64,000 bases of DNA from Euprymna scolopes (Eukaryota), in assembly GCA_053919585.1 (NCBI GenBank), contig CM132809.1; one strand, given 5' to 3'. Shown piece by piece: positions 1 through 15,000 of this stretch; position 1 is the stretch's first letter; each line of letters begins with the position of its first letter. The notes below the pieces were generated by a model, which worked only from the letters and a program-made list of their open reading frames with translations, ran no database searches and had not been told where the DNA came from. A program made the translations under genes and the position numbers.

Positions 1-3000
1 TATGTAGAAACAATTGTGATCTAATTAAACATATCTTATATCCATTGTGGAGGTATGTAGAAACAATTGTGATCTAACTAGACATCTCTTATACCCATTG
101 TGGAGGTATATAGAAACAATTGTGATCTAACTCAACATCTCTTATACCTATTGTGGAGGTATATAGATACAATTGTGATCTAACTCAACATCTCTTATAT
201 CCATTGTGGAGGTATGTAGAAACAATTGTGATCTAATTCAACATCTCTTATATCCATTGTGGAGGTATGTAGAAACAATTGTGATCTAACTCAACATCTC
301 TTATATCCATTGTGGAGGTATGTAGAAACAATTGTGATCTAACTCAACATCTCTTATACCCATTGTGGAGGTATGTAGAAACAATTGTGATCAAATTCAA
401 CATCTCTTATACCCATTGTGGAGGTATGTAGAAACAATTGTGATCTAACTCAACATCTCTTATATCCATTGTGGAGGTATATAGGAACAATTGTGATCTA
501 ACTCAACATCTCTTATATCCATTGTGGAGGTATGTAGAAACAATTGTGATCTAACTCAACATCTCTTATATCCATTGTGGAGGTATGTAGAAACAATTGG
601 CATCTAACTCAACATCTCTTATACCCATTGTAGAGGTATGTAGAAACAATTGTGATCTAACTCAACATCTCTTATACCCATTGTAGAGGTATGTAGAAAC
701 AATGTTGATCTAACTCAACATCTCTTATACCCATTGTGGAGGTATGTAGAAACAATTGTGATCTAATTAAACATCTCTTATACCCATTGTGGAGGTATGT
801 AGAAACAATTGTGATCTAACTCAACATCTCTTATATCAATTGTGGAGGTATGTAGAAACAATTGAAATCTAACTCAACATGTCTTATATACATTGTGGAG
901 GTATGTAGAAACAATTGTTATCTAACTAAACATCTCTTATATCCAGTGTGGAGGTATGTAGAAACAATTGGCATCTAACTCAACATATCTTATATCCATT
1001 GTGGAGGTATGTAGAAAAAATTGTGATCTAACTCAACATCTCTTATATCCATTGTGGAGGTATATAGAAACAATTGTGATCAAACTCAACATCTCTTATA
1101 TCCATTGTGGAGGTATGAAGAAACATTTGTGATCTAACTCAACATCTCTTATATCCATTGTGGAGGTATGTAGAAACAATTGTGATCTAATTAAACATCT
1201 CTTATATCCATTGTGGAGGTATGTAGAAACAATTGTGATCTAACTACACATCTCTTATACCCATTGTGGAGGTATATAGAAACAATTGTGATCTAACTCA
1301 ACATCTCTTATACCTATTTTGGAGGTATATAGATACAATTGTGATCTAACTCAACATCTCTTATATCCATTGTGGAGGTATGTAGAAAAAAATTGTGATC
1401 TAATTCAACATCTCTTATATCCATTGTGGAGGTATGTAGAAACAATTGTGATCTAACTCAACATCTCTTATATCCATTGTGGAGGTATGTAGAAACAATT
1501 GTGATCTAACTCAACATCTCTTATACCCATTGTGGAGGTATGTAGAAACAATTGTGATCTAATTCAACATCTCTTATACCCATTGTGGAGGTATGTAGAA
1601 ACAATTGTGATCTAACTCAACATCTCTTATATCCATTGTGGAGGTATATAGGAACAATTGTGATCTAACTCAACATCTCTTATATCCATTGTGGAGGTAT
1701 GTAGAAACAATTGTCATCTAACTCAACATCTCTTATATCCATTGTGGAGGTATGTAGAAACAATTGGCATCTAACTCAACATCTCTTATACCCATTGTAG
1801 AGGTATGTAGAAACAATTTTGATCTAATTTAACATCTCTTATATCCATTGTGGAGGTATGTAGAAACAATTGTGATCTAATTAAACATCTTTTATACCCA
1901 TTGTGGAGGTATGTAGATACAATTGTGATCTAACTCAACATCTCTTATATCAATTGTGGAGGTATGTAGAAACAATTGGAATCTAACTCAACATGTCTTA
2001 TATCCATTGTGGAGGTATGTAGAAACAATTGTGATCTAACTAAACATCTCTTATACTCATTGTGGAGGTATATAGAAACAATTGTGATCTAACTCAACAT
2101 CTCTTATATCCATTGTGGAGGTATGTAGAAACAATTGGCATCTAATTCAACTTCTCTTATATCCATTGTGGAGGTATGTAGAAACAATTGTGATCTAACT
2201 CAACATCTCTTATACCCATTGTGGAGGTATGTAGAAACAATTGTGATCTAACTCAACATCTCTTATACCCATTGTGGAGGTATATAGAAACAATTGTGAT
2301 CTAACTCAACATCTCTTATATCCATTGTGGAGGTATGTAGAAACAATTGTGATCTAACTCAACATCTCTTATATCCATTGTGGAGGTATGTAGAAACAAT
2401 TGTGATCTAACTCAACATCTCTTATATCCATTGTGGAGGTATGTAAGAACAATTGTGATCTAACTCAACATCTCTTATACCCATTTTGGAGGTATGTAGA
2501 AACAATTGTGATCTAATTAAACATCTCTTATACCCATTGTGGAGGTATGTAGAAACAATTGTGATCTAACTCAACATCTCTTATATCCATTGTGGAGGTA
2601 TATAGGAACAATTGTGATCTAACTCAACATCTCTTATATCCATTGTGGAGGTATGTAGAAACAATTGTCATCTAACTCAACATCTCTTATATCCATTGTG
2701 GAGGTATGTAGAAACAATTAGCATCTAACTCAACATCTCTTATACCCATTGTAGAGGTATGTAGAAACAATTGTGATCTAACTCAAAATCTCTTATACCC
2801 ATTGTGGAGGTATATAGAAACAATTGTGATCGAACTCAACATCTCTTATACCCATTGTGGAGGTATGTAGAAACAATTGTGATCTAATTTAACATCTCTT
2901 ATATCCATTGTGGAGGTATGTAGAAACAATTGTGATCTAATTAAACATCTCTTATACCCATTGTGGAGGTATGTAGAAACAATTGTGATCTAACTCAACA

Positions 3001-6000
3001 TCTCTTATATCAATTGTGGAGGTATGTAGAAACAATTGGAATCTAACTCGACATCTCTTATATCCATTGTGGAGGTATGTAGAAACAATTGTGATCTAAC
3101 TAAACATCTCTTATACTCATTGTTGAGGTATATAGAAACAATTGTGATCTAACTACACCTCTCTTATATCCATTGTGGAGGAATGTAGAAACAATTGGCA
3201 TCTAACTCAACATCTCTTATATCAATTGTGGAGGTATGTAGAAACAATTGTGATCCAACTCAACATCTCTTATACCCATTGTGGAGGTATGTAGAAACAA
3301 TTGTGATCTAACTCAACATCTCTTATACCCATTGTGGAGGTATATAGAAACAATTGTGATCTAACTCAACATCTCTTATATCCATTGTGGAGGTATGTAG
3401 AAACAATTGTGATCTAATTCAACATCTCTTATACCCATTGTGGACGTATGTAGAAACAATTGTGATCTAACTAAACATCTCTTATATCCATTGTGGAGGT
3501 ATATAGAAACAATTGTGATCTAATTAAACATTTCCTATACCCATTGTGGAGGTATGTAGCAACAATTGGGATCCAACTCAACATCTCTTATATCCATTGT
3601 GGAGGTATATAGAAACAATTGTGATCTAACTCAACATCTCTTATATCCATTGTGGAGGTATGTAGAAACAATTGTGATCTAACTACACATCTTATATATC
3701 CATTGTGGAGGTATATAGAAACAATTGTGATCTAATTAAACATCTCTTATATCCATTGTGGAGGTATGTAGAAACAATTGTGATCTAACTCAACATCTCT
3801 TATATCCATTGTGGAGGTATGTAGAAACAATTGTGATCTAACTCAACATCTCTTATATCCATTGTGGAGGTATGTAAAAACAATTGTGATCTAATTCAAC
3901 ATCTCTTATACCCATTGTGTAGGTATGTAGAAACAATTGTGATCTAATTAAACATCTCTTATACCCATTGTGGAGGTATGTAGAAACAATTGTGATCTAA
4001 CTCAACATCTCTTATATCCATTGTAGAGGTATATAGGAACAATTGTGATCTAACTCAACATCTCTTATATCCATTGTGGAGGTATGTAGAAACAATTGTC
4101 ATCTAACTCAACATCTCTTATATCCATTGTGGAGGTATGTAGAAACAATTGGCATCTAACTCAACATCTCTTATACCCATTGTAGAGGTATGTAGAAACA
4201 ATTGTGATCTAACTCAACATCTCTTATACCCATTGTGGAGGTATATAGAAACAATTGTGATCGAACTCAACATCTCTTATACCCATTGTGGAGGTATGTA
4301 GAAACAATTGTGATCTAACTCAACATCTCTTATATCCATTGTGGAGGTATGTAGAAACAATTGTGATCTAATTAAACATCTCTTATACCCATTGTGGAGG
4401 TATGTAGAAACAATTGTGATCTAACTCAACATCTCTTATATCAATTGTGGAGGTATGTAGAAACAATTGGAATCTAACTCAACATCTCTTATATCCATTG
4501 TGGAGGTATGTAGAAACAATTGTGATCTAACTAAACATCCCTTATACTCATTGTGGAGGTATATAGAAACAATTGTGATCTAACTACACCTCTCTTATAT
4601 CCATTGTGGAGGTATGTAGAAACAATTGGCATGTAACTCAACATCTCTTATATCCATTGTGGAGGTATGTAGAAACAATTGTGATCTAACTCAACATCTC
4701 TTATACCCATTGTGGAGGTATGTAGAAACAATTGTGATCTAACTCAACATCTCTTATACCCATTGTGGAGGTATATAGAAACAATTGTGATCGAACTCAA
4801 CATCTCTTATATCCATTGTGGAGGTATGTACAAACAATTGTGATCTAATTAAACATCTCTTATATCCATTGTGGAGGTATATAGAAACAATTGTGATCTA
4901 ATTAAACATCTCTTATACCCATTGTAGAGGTATGTAGAAACAATTGTGATCTAACTCAACATCTCTTATATCCATTGTGGAGGTATGTAGAAACAATTGG
5001 AATCTAACTCAACATCTCTTATATCCATTGTGGAGGTATGTAGAAACAATTGTGATCTAACTCAACATCTCTTATACCCATTGTGGAGGTATGTAGAAAC
5101 AATTGGCATCTAACTCAACATATCTTATATCCATTGTGGAGGTATGTAGAAACAATTGTGATCTAACTCAACATCTCTTATATCCATTGTGGAGAAATGT
5201 AGAAACAATTGTGATCTAACTCAACATTTCTTATATCCATTGTGGAGGTATGTAGAAACAATTGTGATCTAATTCAACATCTCTTATATCCATTGTGGAG
5301 GTATGTAGAAACAATTGTGATCTAACTACACATCTCTTATATCCATTGTGGAGGTATATAGAAACAATTGTGATCTAATTAAACATCTCTTATATCCATT
5401 GTGGAGGTATGTAGAAACAATTGTGATCTAACTCAACATCTCTTATATCCATTGTGGAGGTATGCAGAAACAATTGTGATCTAACTCAACATCTCTTATA
5501 TCCATTGTGGAGGTATGTAGAAACAATTGTGATCTAACTCAACATCTCTTACACCCATTGTGGAGGTATGTAGAAACAATTGTGATCTAATTAAACATCT
5601 CTTATACCCATTGTGGAGGTATGTAGAAACAATTGTGATCTAACTCAACATCTCTTATACCCATTGTGGAGGTATATAGAAACAATTGTGATCTAACTCA
5701 ACATCTCTTATACCCATTGTGGAGGTATGTAGAAACAATTGTGATCTAATTTAACATCTCTTATATCCATTGTGGAGGTATGTAGAAACAATTGTGATCT
5801 AATTAAACATCTCTTATACCCATTGTGGAGGTATGTAGAAACAATTGTGATCTAACTCAACATCTCTTATATCAATTGTGGAGGTATGTAGAAACAATTG
5901 GAATCTAACTCAACATCTCTTATATCCATTGTGGAGGTATGTAGAAACAATTGTGATCAAACTAAACATCTCTTATACTCATTGTGGATGTATATAGAAA

Positions 6001-9000
6001 CAATTGTGATCTAACTACACCTCTCTTATATCCATTGTGGAGGTATGTAGAAACAATTGGCATCTAACTCAACATCTCTTATATCCATTGTGGAGGTATG
6101 TAGAAACAATTGTGATCTAACTCAACATCTCTTATACCCATTGTGGAGGTATGTAGAAACAATTGTGATCTAACTCAACATCTGTTATACCAATTGTGGA
6201 GGTATATAGAAACAATTGTCATCTAACTCAACATCTCTTATATCCATTGTGGAGGTATGTACAAACAATTGTGATCTAATTAAACATCTATTATATCCAT
6301 TGTTGAGGTATATAGAACCAATTGTGATCTAATTAAACATCTCTTTTACCCATTGTAGAGGTATGTAGAAACAATTGTGATCTAACTCAACATCTCTTAT
6401 ATCCATTGTGGAGGTATGTAGAAACAATTGGCATCTAACTCAACATCTCTTATATCCATTGTGGAGGTATGTAGAAACAATTGTGATCCAACTCAACATC
6501 TCTTATACCCATTGTGGAGGTATGTAGAAACAATTGGCATCTAACTCAACATCTCTTATATCCATTGTGGAGGTATGTAGAAACAATTGTGATCTAACTC
6601 AACATCTCTTATATCCATTGTGGAGGAATGTAGAAACAATTGTGATCTAACTCAACATTTCTTATATCCATTGTGGAGGTATGTAGAAACAATTGTGATC
6701 TAACTCAACATCTCTTATATCCATTGTGGAGGTATGTATAAACAATTGTGATCTAACTCAACATCTCTTATACCCATTGTGGAGATATATAGAAACAATT
6801 GTGATCTAACTCAACATCTCTTATATCAATTGTGAAGGTATGTAGAAACAATTGTGATCTAATTCAACATCTCTTATACCCAATGTGGACGTATGTAGAA
6901 ACAATTGTGATCTAACTCAACATCTTTTATATCCATTGTGGAGGTATGTAGAAACAATTGTGATCTAACTCAACATCTCTTATATCCATTGTGGAGGTAT
7001 GTAGAACAATTGTGATCTAATTCAACATCTCTTATACCCATTGTGGAGGTGTGTAGAAACAATTGTGATCTAACTCAACATCTCTTATACCCATTGTGGA
7101 GGTATATAGAAACAATTGTGATCTAACTCAACATCTCTTATATCCATTGTGGAGGTATGTAGAAACAATTGTGATCTAATTAAACATCTCTTATACCCAT
7201 TGTGGAGGTATGTAGAAACAATTGTGATCTAACTCAACATCTCTTATATCCATTGTGGAGGTATATAGAAACAATTGTGATCTAACTCAACATCTCTTAT
7301 ATCCATTGTGGAGGTATGTAGAAACAATTGTGATCTAACTACACATCTCTTATATCCATTGTGGAGGTTTATAGAAACAATTGTGATCTAATTAAACATC
7401 TCTTATATCCATTGTGGAGGTATGTAGAAACAATTGTGATCTAACTCAACATCTCTTATATCCATTGTGGAGGTATGTAGAAACAATTGTGATCCAACTC
7501 AACATCTCTTATATCCATTGTGGAGGTATGTAGAAACAATTGTGATCTAATTCAACATCTCTTATACCCAATGTGGACGTATGTAGAAACAATTGTGATC
7601 TAACTCAACATCTTTTATATCCATTGTGGAGGTATGTAGAAACAATTGTGATCTAACTCAACATCTCTTATATCCATTGTGGAGGTATGTAGAACAATTG
7701 TGATCTAATTCAACATCTCTTATACCCATTGTGGAGGTGTGTAGAAACAATTGTGATCTAACTCAACATCTCTTATACCCATTGTGGAGGTATATAGAAA
7801 CAATTGTGATCTAACTCAACATCTCTTATATCCATTGTGGAGGTATGTAGAAACAATTGTGATCTAATTAAACATCTCTTATACCCATTGTGGAGGTATG
7901 TAGAAACAATTGTGATCTAACTCAACATCTCTTATATCCATTGTGGAGGTATATAGAAACAATTGTGATCTAACTCAACATCTCTTATATCCATTGTGGA
8001 GGTATGTAGAAACAATTGTGATCTAACTACACATCTCTTATATCCATTGTGGAGGTATATAGAAACAATTGTGATCTAATTAAACATCTCTTATATCCAT
8101 TGTGGAGGTATGTAGAAACAATTGTGATCTAACTCAACATCTCTTATATCCATTGTGGAGGTATGTAGAAACAATTGTGATCCAACTCAACATCTCTTAT
8201 ATCCATTGTGGAGGTATGTAGAAACAATTGTGATCTAATTCAACATCTCTTATACCCATTGTGGAGGTATGTAGAAACAATTGTGATCTAATTAAACATC
8301 TTTTGAAGCCATTGTGGAGGTATGTAGAAACAATTGTGATCTAACTCAACATCTCTTATATCCATTGTGGAGGTATATAGGAACAATTGTGATCTAACTC
8401 AACATCTCTTATATCCATTGTGGAGGTATGTAGAAACAATTGGCATCTAACTCAACATCTCTTATACCCATTGTAGAGGTATGTAGAAACAATTGTGATC
8501 TAACTCAACATGTCTTATACCCATTGTGGAGGTATATAGAAACAATTGTGATCTAACTCAACATCTCTTATACCCATTGTGGACGTATGTAGAAACAATT
8601 GTGATCTAATTTAACATCTCTTATATCCATTGTGGAGGTATGTAGAAACAATTGTGATCTAAGTAAACATCTCTTATACCCATTGTGGAGGTATGTAGAA
8701 ACAATTGTGATCTAACTCAACATCTCTTATATCAATTGTGGAGGTATGTAGAAACAATTGGAATCTAACTCAACATGTCTTATATCCATTGTGGAGGTAT
8801 GTAGAAACAATTGTGATCTAACTAAACATCTCTTATACTCATTGTGGAGGTATATAGAAACAATTGTGATCTAACTCAACATATCTTATATCCATTGTGG
8901 AGGTATGTAGAAACAATTGGCATTTAACTCAACTTCTCTTATATCCATTGTGGAGGTATGTAGAAACAATTGTGATCTAACTCAACATCTCTTATACCAA

Positions 9001-12000
9001 TTGTGGAGGTATGTAGAAACAATTGTGATCTAACTCAACATCTCTTATACCCATTGTGGAGGTATATAGAAACAATTGTGATCTAACTCAACATCTCTTA
9101 TATCAATTGTGGAGGTATGTAGAAACAATTGGAATCTAACTAAACATGTCTTATATCCATTGTGGAGGTATGTAGAAACAATTGTGATCTAACTAAACAT
9201 CTCTCATACCTATTGTGGAGGTATGTAGAAACAATTGTGATCTAATTTAACATCTCTTATATCCATTGTGGAGGTATGTAGAAACAATTGTGATCTAACT
9301 CAACATCTCTTATACCCATTGTGGAGGTATGTAGAAACAATTGTGATTTAACTCAACATCTCTTATATCAATTGTGGAGGTATGTAGAAACAATTGGAAT
9401 CTAACTCAACATGTCTTATATCCATTGTGGAGGTATGTAGAAACAATTGTGATCTAACTAAACATCTCTTATACTCATTGTGGAGGTATATAGAAACAAT
9501 TGTGATCTAACTCAACATCTCTTATATCCATTGTGGAGGTATGTAGAAACAATTGACATCTAACTCAACTTCTCTTATATCCATTGTGGAGGTATGTAGA
9601 AAATTTGTGATCTAACTCAACATCTCTTATACCCATTGTGGAGGTATGTAGACACAATTGTGATCTAACTCAACATCTCTTATACCCATTGTGGAGGTAT
9701 ATAGAAACAATTGTGATCTAACTCAACATCTCTTATATCCATTGTGGAGGTATGTAGAAACAATTGTGATCTAATTCAACATCTCTTATACCCATTGTGG
9801 ACGTATGTAGATACAAATGTGATCTAACTCAACATCTCTTATATCCATTGTGGAGGTATATAGAAACAATCGTGATCTAATTAAACATCTCCTATACCCA
9901 TTGTGGAGGTATGTAGAAACAATTGGGATCTAACTCAACATCTCTTATATCCATTGTGGAGGTATATAGAAACAATTGTGATCTAACTCAACATCTCTTA
10001 TATCCATTGTGGAGGTATGTAGAAACAATTGTGATCTAACTACACATCTCTTATATCCATTGTGGAGGTATATAGAAACAATTGTGATCTAATTCAACAT
10101 CTCTTATATCCATTGTGGAGGTATGTAGAAACAATTGTGATCTAACTCAACATCTCTTATATCCATTGTGGAGGTATGTAGAAACAATTGTGATCCAACT
10201 CAACATCTCTTATATCCATTGTGGAGGTATGTAGAAACAATTGTGATCTAATTCAACATCTCTTATACCCATTGTGGAGGTATGTAGAAACAATTGTGAT
10301 CTAATTAAACATCTTTTATACCCATTGTGGAGGTATGTAGAAACAATTGTGATCTTACTCAACATCTCTTATATCCATTGTGGAGGTATATAGGAACAAT
10401 TGTGATCTAACTCAACATCTCTTATATCCATTGTGGAGGTATGTAGAAACAATTGGCATCTAACTCAACATCTCTTATACCCATTGTAGAGGTATGTAGA
10501 AACAATTGTGATCCAACTCAACATCTCTTATACCCATTGTGGAGGTATATAGAAACAATTGTGATCTAACTCAACATCTCTTATACCCATTGTGGAGGTA
10601 TGTAGAAACAATTGTGATCTAATTTAACATCTCTTATATCCATTGTGGAGGTATGTAGAAACAATTGTGATCTAATTAAACATCTCTTATACCCATTGTG
10701 GAGGTATGTAGAAACAATTGTGATCTAACTCAACATCTCCTATATCAATTGTGGAGGTATGTAGAAACAATTGGAATCTAACTCAACATGTCTTATATCC
10801 ATTGTGGAGGTATGTAGAAACAATTGTGATCTAACTAAACATCTCTTATACTCATTGTGGAGGTATATAGAAACAATTGTGATCTAACTCAACATCTCTT
10901 ATATCCATTGTGGAGGTATGTAGAAACAATTGTGATCTAATTCAACATCTCTTATACCCATTGTAGAGGTATGTAGAAACAATTGTGGTCTAACTAAACA
11001 TCTCTTATATCCATTGTGGAGGTATATAGAAACAATTGTGATCTAATTAAACATTTCCTATACCCATTGTGGAGGTATGTAGAAACAATTGGGATCCAAC
11101 TCAACATCTCTTATATCCATTGTGGAGGTATATAGAAACAATTGTGATCTAACTCAACATCTCTTATATCCATTGTGGAGGTATGTAGAAACAATTGTGA
11201 TCTAACTACACATCTCTTATATCCATTGTGGAGGTATATAGAAACAATTGTGATCTAATTAAACATCTCTTATATCCATTGTGGAGGTATGTAGAAACAA
11301 TTGTGATCTAACTCAACATCTCTTATATCCATTGTGGAGGTATGTAGAAACAATTGTGATCTAACTCAACATCTCTTATATCCATTGTGGAGGTATGTAA
11401 AAACAATTGTGATCTAATTCAACATCTCTTATACCCATTGTGTAGGTATGTAGAAACAATTGTGATCTAATTAAACATCTCTTATACCCATTGTGGAGGT
11501 ATGTAGAAACAATTGTGATCTAACTCAACATCTCTTATATCCATTGTGGAGGTATATAGGAACAATTGTGATCTAACTCAACATCTCTTATATCCATTGT
11601 GGAGGTATGTAGAAACAATTGTCATCTAACTCAACATCTCTTATATCCATTGTGGAGGTATGTAGAAACAATTGGCATCTAACTCAACATCTCTTATACC
11701 CATTGTAGAGGTATGTAGAAACAATTGTGATCTAACTCAACATCTCTTATACCCATTGTGGAGGTATATAGAAACAATTGTGATCGAACTCAACATCTCT
11801 TATACCCATTGTGGAGGTATGTAGAAACAATTGTGATCTAACTCAACATCTCTTATATCCATTGTGGAGGTATGTAGAAACAATTGTGATCTAATTAAAC
11901 ATCTCTTATACCCATTGTGGAGGTATGTAGAAACAATTGTGATCTAACTCAACATCTCTTATATCCATTGTGGAGGTATGTAGAAACAATTGGCATCTAA

Positions 12001-15000
12001 CTCAACATCTCTTATACCCATTGTAGAGGTATGTAGAAACAATTGTGATCCAACTCAACATCTCTTATACCCATTGTGGAGGTATATAGAAACAATTGTG
12101 ATCTAACTCAACATCTCTTATACCCATTGTGGAGGTATGTAGAAACAATTGTGATCTAATTTAACATCTCTTATATCCATTGTGGAGGTATGTAGAAACA
12201 ATTGTGATCTAATTAAACATCTCTTATACCCATTGTGGAGGTATGTAGAAACAATTGTGATCTAACTCAACATCTCCTATATCAATTGTGGAGGTATGTA
12301 GAAACAATTGGAATCTAACTCAACATGTCTTATATCCATTGTGGAGGTATGTAGAAACAATTGTGATCTAACTAAACATCTCTTATACTCATTGTGGAGG
12401 TATATAGAAACAATTGTGATCTAACTCAACATCTCTTATATCCATTGTGGAGGTATGTAGAAACAATTGTGATCTAATTCAACATCTCTTATACCCATTG
12501 TGGACGTATGTAGAAACAATTGTGATCTAACTCAACATCTCTTATATCCATTGTGGAGGTATATAGAAACAATTGTGATCTTATATAACATTTCCTATAC
12601 CCATTGTGGAGGTATGTAGAAACAATTGGGATCTAACTCAACATCTCTTATATCCATTGTGGAGGTATATAGAAACAATTGTGATCTAACTCAACATCTC
12701 TTATATCCATTTTGGAGGTATGTAGAAACAATTGTGATCTAACTACACATCTCTTATATCCATTGTGGAGGTATATAGAAACAATTGTGATCTAATTAAA
12801 CATCTCTTATATCCATTGTGGAGGTATGTAGAAACAATTGTGATCTAACTCAACATCTCTTATATCCATTGTGGAGGTATGTAGAAACAATTGTGATCTA
12901 ACTCAACATCTCTTATATCCATTGTGGAGGTATGTAAAAACAATTGTGATCTAATTCAACATCTCTTATACCCATTGTGTAGGTATGTAGAAACAATTGT
13001 GATCTAATTAAACATCTCTTATACCAATTGTGGAGGTATGTAGAAACAATTGTGATCTAACTCAACATCTCTTATATCCATTGTAGAGGTATATAGGAAC
13101 AATTGTGATCTAACTCAACATCTCTTATATCCATTGTGGAGGTATGTAGAAACAATTGTCATCTAACTCAACATCTCTTATATCCATTGTGGAGGTATGT
13201 AGAAACAATTGGCATCTAACTCAACATCTCTTATACCCATTGTAGAGGTATGTAGAAACAATTGTGATCTAACTCAACATCTCTTATACCCATTGTGGAG
13301 GTATATAGAAACAATTGTGATCGAACTCAACATCTCTTATACCCATTGTGGAGGTATGTAGAAACAATTGTGATCTAACTCAACATCTCTTATATCCATT
13401 GTGGAGGTATGTAGAAACAATTGTGATCTAATTAAACATCTCTTATACCCATTGTGGAGGTATGTAGAAACAATTGTGATCTAACTCAACATCTCTTATA
13501 TCAATTGTGGAGGTATGTAGAAACAATTGGAATCTAACTCAACATCTCTTATATCCATTGTGGAGGTATGTAGAAACAATTGTGATCTAACTAAACATCC
13601 CTTATACTCATTGTGGAGGTATATAGAAACAATTGTGATCTAACTACACCTCTCTTATATCCATTGTGGAGGTATGTAGAAACAATTGGCATCTAACTCA
13701 ACATCTCTTATATCCATTGTGGAGGTATGTAGAAACAATTGTGATCTAACTCAACATCTCTTATACCCATTGTGGAGGTATGTAGAAACAATTGTGATCT
13801 AACTCAACATCTCTTATACCCATTGTGGAGGTATATAGAAACAATTGTGATCGAACTCAACATCTCTTATATCCATTGTGGAGGTATGTACAAACAATTG
13901 TGATCTAATTAAACATCTCTTATATCCATTGTGGAGGTATATAGAAACAATTGTGATCTAATTAAACATCTCTTATACCCATTGTAGAGGTATGTAGAAA
14001 CAATTGTGATCTAACTCAACATCTCTTATATCCATTGTGGAGGTATGTAGAAACAATTGGCATCTAACTCAACATCTCTTATATTCATTGTGGAGGTATG
14101 TAGAAACAATTGTGATCTAACTCAACATCTCTTATACCCATTGTGGAGGTATGTAGAAACAATTGGCATCCAACTCAACATATCTTATATCCATTGTGGA
14201 GGTATGTAGAAACAATTGTGATCTAACTCAACATCTCTTATATCCATTGTGGAGGAATGTAGAAACAATTGTGATCTAACTCAACATTTCTTATATCCAT
14301 TGTGGAGGTATGTAGAAACAATTGTGATCTAATTCAACATCTCTTATATCCATTGTGGAGGTATGTAGAAACAATTGTGATCTAACTACACATCTCTTAT
14401 ATCCATTGTGGAGGTATATAGAAACAATTGTGATCTAATTAAACATCTCTTATATCCATTGTGGAGGTATGTAGAAACAATTGTGATCTAACTCAACATC
14501 TCTTATATCCATTGTGGAGGTATGTAGAAACAATTGTGATCTAACTCAACATCTCTTATATCCATTGTGGAGGTATGTAGAAACAATTGTGATCTAACTC
14601 AACATCTCTTACACCCATTGTGGAGGTATGTAGAAACAATTGTGATCTAATTAAACATCTCTTATACCCATTGTGGAGGTATGTAGAAACAATTGTGATC
14701 TAACTTAACATCTCTTATACCCATTGTGGAGGTATATAGAAACAATTGTGATCTAACTCAACATCTCTTATACCCATTGTGGAGGTATGTAGAAACAATT
14801 GTGATCTAATTTAACATCTCTTATATCCATTGTGGAGGTATGTAGAAACAATTGTGATCTAATTAAACATCTCTTATACCCATTGTGGAGGTATGTAGAA
14901 ACAATTGTGATCTAACTCAACATCTCTTATATCAATTGTGGAGGTATGTAGAAACAATTGGAATCTAACTCAACATCTCTTATATCCATTGTGGAGGTAT

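Noticed and set aside
1-53. Hammerhead or tRNA structure within the satellite monomer
   Set aside because: GAAAC is present, but there is no CUGANGA core on either strand and no A/B boxes.
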